Below, piece by piece: positions 1 through 5,964 of a stretch of 24,596 nucleotides of DNA. This DNA is from Clostridia bacterium (GTDB lineage Bacteria > Bacillota > Clostridia > Christensenellales > Aristaeellaceae), in NCBI GenBank assembly GCA_045599485.1, contig JAZRWA010000055.1:1-24596 (forward strand), read 5' to 3'. A program made the position numbers and the translations under genes. Below the pieces are notes generated by a model that ran no database searches, had not been told where the DNA came from, and saw only the letters and a list, made by a program, of their open reading frames with translations. Within the stretch, counting starts at the first letter, position 1, and each line of letters begins with the position of its first letter.

Positions 1-36
1 TACGCCGTCATGCACCAATAAAAAAGCCAATGAATC

Positions 37-71
37 GCTGCCTTTCCCCGCTTTGGGGCAAGGCAGCTTTT
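37..71 (+). terminator. Rho-independent terminator of a + strand gene whose last codons (stop TAA at 19-21) enter the window
   Basis: The stem GCTGCCTTtCCCC / GGGGcAAGGCAGC has 12 bp with 1 mismatch and a 5-nt loop. It is followed by TTTT. Confidence 0.7.
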
Positions 72-130
72 ATAAAACGCCCCCGCGCACGGACAGCATG
101 TTTGCAAGGGTTCCGTTCGCGGGGGCTTTT
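72..130 (-). terminator. Hairpin terminator downstream of the csoR-like gene
   Basis: GCCCCCGCG (79-87) and CGCGGGGGC (118-126) form a perfect 9-bp stem, with inner ACGGA/TCCGT pairing. On the - strand it is followed by GTTTTAT. It begins 18 nt after the csoR stop. Confidence 0.5.
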
Positions 131-144
131 AACTTCCCGAATGT

Positions 145-495
145 TTATTTCAGCAGTTCATCAATGGCACGGTTCAGCTTCTCGATCTCGTCATAATCGC
201 CGTTTTCAATGGCACTGACCATGCAATGATCGATATGATCCTTGAGGATGATCTTGCCCACGTTGTTCAATGCCGATTTGACCGCATAAAGCTGCACCAG
301 CACATCACTGCAGTCCTCGCCTTCCTCGATCATGCGGCGTACCTTGTTCAGATGCCCCGTCAGACGGGACAGACGGTTGAGCACCTGCTGGGTGTTTTCA
401 TGCTTCTCACCGTGTGCATGGTTTTCCGCATGCCCGTGGGCATGCTCATGGGCAGCCTTCATATTGCCCGTTTCCTTTTGCAGCTCGCTGTTCAT
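145..495 (-). CDS. csoR: CsoR/RcnR-family (DUF156) metal-sensing transcriptional repressor with a His-rich N-terminal tract
   Basis: The 116-aa product has the family core RLSRLTGHLNKVRRMIEEGEDC..VLVQLYAVKSAL..DHIDHC, giving a C...H-x3-C (x-C-H-C) ligand fingerprint. The N-terminal tract HEHAHGHAENHAHGEKH holds 7 His in 17 residues. Its ATG overlaps the ATPase stop as ATGA. Confidence 0.85.
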   Translation of the reverse strand: MNSELQKETGNMKAAHEHAHGHAENHAHGEKHENTQQVLNRLSRLTGHLNKVRRMIEEGEDCSDVLVQLYAVKSALNNVGKIILKDHIDHCMVSAIENGDYDEIEKLNRAIDELLK

Positions 496-2459
496 TTTTT
501 ACCCTTTCCGTCAAACTTGCGGTCATAAAGCAGTGCCGCCAGCAGCACTACAAAGGTCGATCCCGCATTGTGAACCAAAGCACCCGTGGTCGGTGTCAGC
601 ATACCCAGTACAGACAGTGTGACAGCGCAGGCATTGATGCACATGGAAATGGTAATGCAGGTCTGTATGGTTCGAACCGTGGCTTTGGACAACCGCTTCA
701 GATAAGGGATCCGGGAGATGTCATCCGTCATAAGCGCCACGTCCGCGGCTTCCACCGCGATGTCGCTGCCCATGCAGCCCATCGCCACGCCCACAGAAGC
801 CGTCTTGATGGCGGGTGCGTCATTGACGCCATCGCCGATCATGCACACGGCACCGCTCTGATTCATTTCCCGGATCAGGCGTACCTTGTCCTCCGGCAGC
901 AGCTCAGCACGCACATCCCCGATGCCCGCCTGCTGCGCCACATACTGCGCTGTGGTCTTGTGGTCACCGGTCAGCAGCACCGTTTTTACATTCATCTCGT
1001 GCAGTCGGCCGATCATTTCCTTCGCGCCCTCGCGCATGGTATCCGCCAGCGCTACCAGGCCGATGATCTTCTTTTCACACGATACCAGCACGATGGCCTT
1101 GCCCTGCTCCCGCAGCGCGGCGCAGCGGCTGCCCATCGCCTCGGGCACGGCAATGCCCGCCTCACGCATATAGCTTTCGCTGCCGCAGCACACCGCCTTG
1201 CCGCCAACGGTCGCACGGATGCCGCGTCCCAGCGTCATGGCAAAGTGCTCACAGGGCTGCAGCGCGATGCCGCTCTCACGCGCGCAGGCGGTAATAGCCT
1301 TGCCCAGGGGGTGTTCGCTGTTCATTTCCGCCGAGGCGCAGATGGCGAGCAGCTGCTCCCGTTCGATGCCGTCCGCGGCAACCGTGTCGGTCACATTCAA
1401 TCGTCCGTGCGTCAGCGTACCGGTCTTATCAAAGGCAAAGGTATCGATGTGCCCCAGTTTTTCCAGGCTCTCGCCGGATTTGATGATCACACCGTGCTTT
1501 GTCGCCTGACCGATAGCCGCCATGACCGCCGTAGGCGTTGCAAGGATCAGCGCGCAGGGACAGAACACCACCAGCACCGTAACGGTACGGTTGATCTCCC
1601 CTGTAATAAAATAGCAGATGATGGCGATCATCATCGCCACCGGCACCAGCCAGCTGGCCCAGCGATCAGCAATGCGCTGCACAGGGGCCTGATTCTGTCG
1701 GGCTTCCTCCACCAGACGGATCATCTTTTTCAGGGAAGAATCCTCCCCCGCCTTGGTCACACGCACTTCGATCGCACCAAAGCGGTTGATCGTGCCGCAA
1801 TAGATCTCATCCCCGGCCGTTTTATCCACCGGCAGGCTCTCGCCGGTCATGATGGACTGATCCACAGACGTTTCACCGCTGAGGATCACGCCGTCCGCCG
1901 GAATCGTCTCACCGGGCAGTACACGCACAACATCCCCCACCGCAAGCGACTCCGCTGGTACGACGGTCACCTCGCCGTTGCGGAGCAGGTTGGCGGTCTT
2001 GGGGGTCAGGCCGATCAGGTTTTTCAAGCCCTTCTGCGCGCGCTCCGTGGTCATGTCCTCCAGCAGCGCGCCGACCGACATGATAAACGCCACCTCGCCC
2101 GCGGCAAACAGATCGCCGATGCTGATGGAAGCGATCATGGCCACCGAGATCAGCAGGGCAGAATTGATCTTGGCAATGCCCTTGTTGTGGATGATGCGCC
2201 AGATAGCCAGATAAAGCATCGGAATGCCGCAGATAATGACCGTGATCCACGCCAGATAGCTCCAGAATTCGGCGCCGCCATGCACGACACGGCCATTGTA
2301 GGTATAGTGCCAGTGTACAAAATTCTGCCAGGACAGATTATCCTGCCCGATCCGGGGCAGCACAAAGCTCAGCACCAGCGCTACACCGCCGACAATGGTC
2401 ATCGGCAGACCGGCCAGAAAATCATTGATCTTTTTCAGAAGCACACGCAGCTTTTGCAT
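492..2459 (-). CDS. Heavy-metal-translocating P1B-type ATPase with no N-terminal HMA domain
   Basis: Motifs seen are TGES, CPC (VVFCPCALILATP), DKTGTLT, SEHPLG and GDGVNDAP, with about 8 predicted TM segments. I place the start at ATG 2459 because AAGGTGG lies 8 nt upstream. The six-frame ORF starts 4 codons earlier at GTG 2471, which has no SD. Confidence 0.93.
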   Translation of the reverse strand: MQKLRVLLKKINDFLAGLPMTIVGGVALVLSFVLPRIGQDNLSWQNFVHWHYTYNGRVVHGGAEFWSYLAWITVIICGIPMLYLAIWRIIHNKGIAKINSALLISVAMIASISIGDLFAAGEVAFIMSVGALLEDMTTERAQKGLKNLIGLTPKTANLLRNGEVTVVPAESLAVGDVVRVLPGETIPADGVILSGETSVDQSIMTGESLPVDKTAGDEIYCGTINRFGAIEVRVTKAGEDSSLKKMIRLVEEARQNQAPVQRIADRWASWLVPVAMMIAIICYFITGEINRTVTVLVVFCPCALILATPTAVMAAIGQATKHGVIIKSGESLEKLGHIDTFAFDKTGTLTHGRLNVTDTVAADGIEREQLLAICASAEMNSEHPLGKAITACARESGIALQPCEHFAMTLGRGIRATVGGKAVCCGSESYMREAGIAVPEAMGSRCAALREQGKAIVLVSCEKKIIGLVALADTMREGAKEMIGRLHEMNVKTVLLTGDHKTTAQYVAQQAGIGDVRAELLPEDKVRLIREMNQSGAVCMIGDGVNDAPAIKTASVGVAMGCMGSDIAVEAADVALMTDDISRIPYLKRLSKATVRTIQTCITISMCINACAVTLSVLGMLTPTTGALVHNAGSTFVVLLAALLYDRKFDGKGKK

Positions 2460-2489
2460 CGGGCTTTCCACCTTTGAAAAATAATCGAT

Positions 2490-2519
2490 ATTATATCACA
2501 GTGCCACCGCATTCAGCAA
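2490..2519 (-). promoter_or_regulatory. Candidate internal promoter for ATPase-csoR (extended -10)
   Basis: On the - strand the sequence reads TTGCTG, 18 nt, then TATAAT, with TGaTATAAT forming an extended -10. It overlaps the stop of the upstream small gene. The -35 is weak. Confidence 0.35.
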
Positions 2520-2939
2520 CTGACAGCAATTGGTTCCGTTTTCCGTATAGACATCAAACACGCCGCAGACAGTCATTTCAATGCTCGTCTTGAGGGGTTT
2601 GCTGGTTTCATGAGTCAGGATGCGCACCTTCATGGAGCAGCAGTTGGTCTCGTCATACGCTACCAGATAAAATGTTTCGGGGGTATCCGCTGTACCCGCC
2701 ACGCGCTCAATATAGCCCTTCAGCTTCATGGTCTTGCCGTTGTAGCGGTCCGCGCCGGCCGCCATATCATACAGCGTACCATACACCATGATCTCGCTGA
2801 AAAGGGACAGGTCCAGATCGACCTTGGCATAATTGGGGGCTTCCGCCTCTTTCACAGGTTCTTCCGCCAGCGCAGCAGAAAAAAGGATCGTCAGGCAAAG
2901 AAGAGCGGCCATCAGCCGGAATGCAATGTGCTTGAGCAT
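2496..2939 (-). CDS. Small secreted protein of unknown family with two Asn-Cys-Cys motifs
   Basis: The 147-aa product has a signal peptide MLKHIAFRLMAALLCLTILFSAALA|EE. The mature part looks beta-rich, with NCC at residues 99-101 and 137-139 plus Cys125. GGGAGG sits 5 nt before the ATG. The gene ends 24 nt upstream of the ATPase ORF. Confidence 0.75.
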   Translation of the reverse strand: MLKHIAFRLMAALLCLTILFSAALAEEPVKEAEAPNYAKVDLDLSLFSEIMVYGTLYDMAAGADRYNGKTMKLKGYIERVAGTADTPETFYLVAYDETNCCSMKVRILTHETSKPLKTSIEMTVCGVFDVYTENGTNCCQLLNAVAL

Positions 2940-2983
2940 GTGTACCTCCCGGGCCGTCCGGCCCAGCTGTTACATACTGGAAT

Positions 2984-3011
2984 GGCCCCTCGCGGTTTCC
3001 CGCGAGGGGCC
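2984..3011 (-). terminator. GC-rich 12-bp perfect hairpin between the MBL gene and the metal module, with no U-tract
   Basis: On the - strand it reads GGCCCCTCGCGG-GAAA-CCGCGAGGGGCC and starts 17 nt after the stop at 3029. It could be a 3' stabiliser or leaky terminator, or alternatively a protein operator. Confidence 0.4.
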
Positions 3012-3028
3012 GGGCAAACGTTCAGTGA

Positions 3029-5650
3029 TTATTCGCTGATAACAAACATGGTGGACAGATCGATACCGTTGTCGTTATTCAGCTCGCAGCAACGGGCGAT
3101 AACGGCGGCTTCTTCCTCCAGGGAGTAGTAGCCGGTGCCGGGGAAGGTGACCTTGATGGTGTCATCCTCCAAAGCATTCAGAACCGGATCATCCACAGAG
3201 CAGTTGGCGGCGCTGATGTAGCCCTCGGGCAGCACGATATCGCCGGCCAGATCCATCTTGACGACAAACTTGCTGTTGCCGGCATCGATGTTCTGCTGCA
3301 GGTAAGCGGCCAGGTTCTCGGCCTCTTCCTTGGTGTTCAGGCGCTGGGTACGGACGATTTCGACCCAGTCAGCGCCCAGGAAGGACTCCACAGGACCGGA
3401 GGAGGGGGTCACGGGGTTGCCATCGAAGTCAACATAGGTGTTGCCGCCGGCAACGTACCAGTTGATGGGATAGGCTTCGGCGCGGCCATCCTTGGCGGCC
3501 ATTTCGGCAGCAGCTTCAGCAGTGAAGTAGACGCCGCCGACGTAATCGTCGTTCACGTCCACAACCAGCTGCACATACCAGCCGTTGGGGTCATGGGAGT
3601 AGGAGTCACGGTCAACGGACATACCGTTGCTCAGATCCCAGCCATAGATGTTCTCGATGCCGCTAAGGGCTTCGTTCTTGTTCTGGAAAGCATCGAAACC
3701 GTGCATCACCAGGATGCCCTTGACTTCGATCTCGTACTCACCGGCTTCACGCTTCCAGGGGCCGGACACTTCCAGAGCTTCGGTCTTGGTGTTCTGGGGA
3801 GTGCAGAACCAGTTGTAGCCGGCTTCGCGGATGACGGGAACGATGATCTGGTCGTACAGATCGACGGGGGTCTCACCATTGGTGGATTCGGTGGCCTTCC
3901 AGGCCTTGTTCATCCAGTTGTAGGTGTAAGCGGACATGCGCTTTTCCATCAGGTTGATGATGCCCTCGGTGCCCTCGTTGTAAGCATCCAGGAACAGGAT
4001 GCCCTTCATGCGGGTCGCCTTGGCCACTTCGGACCAGGGAGCCTGGTCACCGTGCTGGGGCAGGGAGTACACGAAATCGGAAACGCTCTCGGCGTAGGGG
4101 ATGACCACAGACTGCATGTAGCGCATGGAGTTGGCATACTGCAGACGGGTGTAGCCGTTGCTGGCCTTGGTGGCAGCGCCGCCGCCGTAGCCGCCCATGT
4201 ACACCCAGGCCACCTTGGCTTCCTTATCGGTCACCTTGGAGAAGTAGGGGTCATCGAGCTTGCTGTTGAGCATGAAGACGTAGGAAGCGGTATCGTTGGT
4301 GTGGCCGGCGGTGGTCACGGGGTAGATGGAAACGCCTTCGCCGCAGTCGATCCAGGTGTTCCAGTCATTGAAGTAGGTGATCAGGTAACGCTCGGCCTTG
4401 GCAGTCAGGGTGATGCCGGCGTACACGCCGTTCACATAACCTTCCTGATTGGCGCCGGAGGTGCGGACCTGCAGCTTGTTGCCATTGCGCTCGATCATGG
4501 TCGCCAGTTCGACAGCGCCCTGATAGTGGTCGCCGTGACCATGGGTCAGGAACAGGTTATCCACGTCGCGGGGGTCATAACCCATCTTCCACATGTTCAG
4601 CCAGTAGCTGTAGGTGGCGGTGGCGTTACCGGCATCCAGTTCAGACAGAACCACGTTGCCGTTTTCATCGGGATCGGAAACATACAGATAGATGCAGGTG
4701 TAACCATCGCCCAGGCTGTACATACGATCCTTCATGACTTCGAAGGGAGTGATGGTGCCGTTCCAGCCGGCAGAGGTCTTGCCCTCGTTCTTATCGTTGC
4801 CGGGGAACCAGGAGGTACCATTGTAACCCACGTTGTCGGGGGTGCAGGTGGAGGACAGCTTGGTCAGGTTCTTGTTGATGTACAGCTCGGTCACGCGGAC
4901 GGTGCTGCAGTCATCGGTACGGGTCTTGCCGGTGGCAGGATCCACAGCGGACTCGTTGAAGATGGCCAGGGCGGCGCGGGTGGTGCCCATGCCGTAGATC
5001 TCGCCGTCAGCGTTCTTGGGGGTCACGGCGATGTCAGCGGCGGTGGCGGGGGTGCAGACGAAGGTGCCTTCGATGGCATTGCCTTCGGCGTCCACGCCGT
5101 TGTTGTCCACCAGGAAGATCTTCACATCGTCAGCCAGAACGTAGGTCTCTTCGAAGCTGTTGACAACGTGGTTGCCGTCGCCCAGGGTGATGGTGCCTTC
5201 AGCGGTATCCATGATCCAGCCGGAAGCAACCATGTTGCCGGCGCCGCCGCCCACAGCGGTCAGCTCGCCGCCGAACAGCATGGAGTCATGATAGTACTCG
5301 GTGCGGCCGGCAATGGGACGCTCGATGCGGACAAAGCCGGTGACTTCATCCTGAGCATTGAACAGGATCTCAACGAAAGCGCCGGCTTCGAGCTGCTCGG
5401 CAATGGCTTCGCACTCGTAAACGTAGCTCTGGTCGTTGTAGTTGTCCAGCACGATGCTGGTGTAAACGGTCGCTTCGGTGTCACCGGGCAGCATAATGCC
5501 GGCGGTCACCTGATGGGCTTCGTTGGAGCTGCCGGGAGTAACGACCCAGCCGTACTTGCTGTAAGCGGTGGCGCTGAAGTCCACAGCCAGAGCAGAAACG
5601 GCCATGGTCAGAACCAGCAGGGCCACAAAGAGTCCAAGGATCTTTTTCAT
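3029..5650 (-). CDS. Large secreted metallo-beta-lactamase-fold protein (873 aa) with long N- and C-terminal extensions
   Basis: The signal peptide is MKKILGLFVALLVLTMAVSALA|VD. The start is placed at ATG 5650 because AGAGGGG lies upstream, whereas the ORF-track start at 5683 has no SD. The MBL motif THGHGDH is encoded at 4526-4546, with later TAGHT and PQHGD His motifs. There is no LPXTG or lipobox. Confidence 0.88.
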   Translation of the reverse strand: MKKILGLFVALLVLTMAVSALAVDFSATAYSKYGWVVTPGSSNEAHQVTAGIMLPGDTEATVYTSIVLDNYNDQSYVYECEAIAEQLEAGAFVEILFNAQDEVTGFVRIERPIAGRTEYYHDSMLFGGELTAVGGGAGNMVASGWIMDTAEGTITLGDGNHVVNSFEETYVLADDVKIFLVDNNGVDAEGNAIEGTFVCTPATAADIAVTPKNADGEIYGMGTTRAALAIFNESAVDPATGKTRTDDCSTVRVTELYINKNLTKLSSTCTPDNVGYNGTSWFPGNDKNEGKTSAGWNGTITPFEVMKDRMYSLGDGYTCIYLYVSDPDENGNVVLSELDAGNATATYSYWLNMWKMGYDPRDVDNLFLTHGHGDHYQGAVELATMIERNGNKLQVRTSGANQEGYVNGVYAGITLTAKAERYLITYFNDWNTWIDCGEGVSIYPVTTAGHTNDTASYVFMLNSKLDDPYFSKVTDKEAKVAWVYMGGYGGGAATKASNGYTRLQYANSMRYMQSVVIPYAESVSDFVYSLPQHGDQAPWSEVAKATRMKGILFLDAYNEGTEGIINLMEKRMSAYTYNWMNKAWKATESTNGETPVDLYDQIIVPVIREAGYNWFCTPQNTKTEALEVSGPWKREAGEYEIEVKGILVMHGFDAFQNKNEALSGIENIYGWDLSNGMSVDRDSYSHDPNGWYVQLVVDVNDDYVGGVYFTAEAAAEMAAKDGRAEAYPINWYVAGGNTYVDFDGNPVTPSSGPVESFLGADWVEIVRTQRLNTKEEAENLAAYLQQNIDAGNSKFVVKMDLAGDIVLPEGYISAANCSVDDPVLNALEDDTIKVTFPGTGYYSLEEEAAVIARCCELNNDNGIDLSTMFVISE

Positions 5651-5673
5651 GGTTTTTCCCCTCTCAGATATTT

Positions 5674-5822
5674 CATCGTTCAAACGATGTTTGTATCAAT
5701 TTTATCAAAACGATGCCAGCGAAACAATATGAAAAACCCCCGGGGGGCCATCTTAAAACCTCCAAACGTTTCACAATTATTCAGTATCGTTTCACGCGAA
5801 ACCGTTCTTGAAAACGTTTTGA
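5674..5822. promoter_or_regulatory. Cluster of AAACG-core palindromes/repeats (LacI/CcpA cre-like operators) in the divergent MBL/znuA control region
   Basis: Elements seen are CATCGTT-ca-AACGATG (5674-5689), CAAAC-gat-GTTTG (5681-5693), AAACGATG again at 5708-5715, cCAAACGTTTCAc (5762-5774), CGTTTCAC at 5767 and 5788 (21 bp apart), GTTTC-acgc-GAAAC (5790-5803) and TGAAAACGTTTTGA (5809-5822). The last has one mismatch to the cre consensus TGWAANCGNTNWCA. Confidence 0.45.
5680..5751 (-). CDS. Candidate 23-codon leader/upstream ORF (MAPRGFFILFRWHRFDKIDTNIV)
   Basis: GGAGG (complement of 5759-5763) lies 7 nt before the ATG at 5751. The stop TGA (5680-5682) lies inside a palindrome 29 nt upstream of the MBL gene ATG. 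There is no homology evidence. Confidence 0.3.
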   Translation of the reverse strand: MAPRGFFILFRWHRFDKIDTNIV

Positions 5823-5885
5823 AAAGGCAGTTCTTTTCCTGCCGGATTTGCCCAGTATCACTGCCTTTTTTCCCGCGGTTTTGAT

Positions 5886-5914
5886 TTGCATTTTCCATTT
5901 TTACCATCTATAAT
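5886..5914 (+). promoter_or_regulatory. SigA-type promoter of the znuABC-like operon
   Basis: TTGCAT (5886-5891), a 17-nt spacer, then TATAAT (5909-5914). It lies about 50 nt upstream of the ATG at 5965. Confidence 0.6.
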
Positions 5915-5964
5915 ACAGTCAACGAGGTCCTTCCATACGGCCTGTATTCATATTCCTTGGAGAG

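Noticed and set aside
30-218. 62-aa + strand ORF at the window start
   Set aside because: It runs through two terminator hairpins and into the antisense of csoR, and it has no SD.
414-2477. 687-aa ORF on the + strand, antisense to the P-type ATPase
   Set aside because: The product is low-complexity and rich in Arg, His, Gly and Ala, with no SD and no motifs. The opposite strand carries every P-type ATPase signature. Long antisense ORFs are expected in a GC-rich gene that avoids TTA, CTA and TCA codons.
5737-5747. CCCCCGGGGGG as a restriction or methylation hotspot or a cruciform element in its own right
   Set aside because: It contains a CCCGGG site, but a single occurrence says nothing about restriction-modification biology. 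It is more parsimoniously part of the leader and uORF structure discussed in the findings.
3593-5884. 763-aa ORF on the + strand, antisense to the MBL gene
   Set aside because: The reason is the same as for the ATPase antisense ORF. The product is a Gly/Val/Ala/His-rich repeat-like translation, and the sense strand has a signal peptide, an SD and the HxHxDH motif. It reflects codon bias and is not a gene.
5680-5907. Full 75-aa - strand ORF in the MBL/znuA intergenic region
   Set aside because: Its ATG at 5907 has no SD and lies on top of the znuA promoter. Only the last 23 codons, from ATG 5751, are preceded by a canonical GGAGG, and those are reported separately as a candidate leader ORF.
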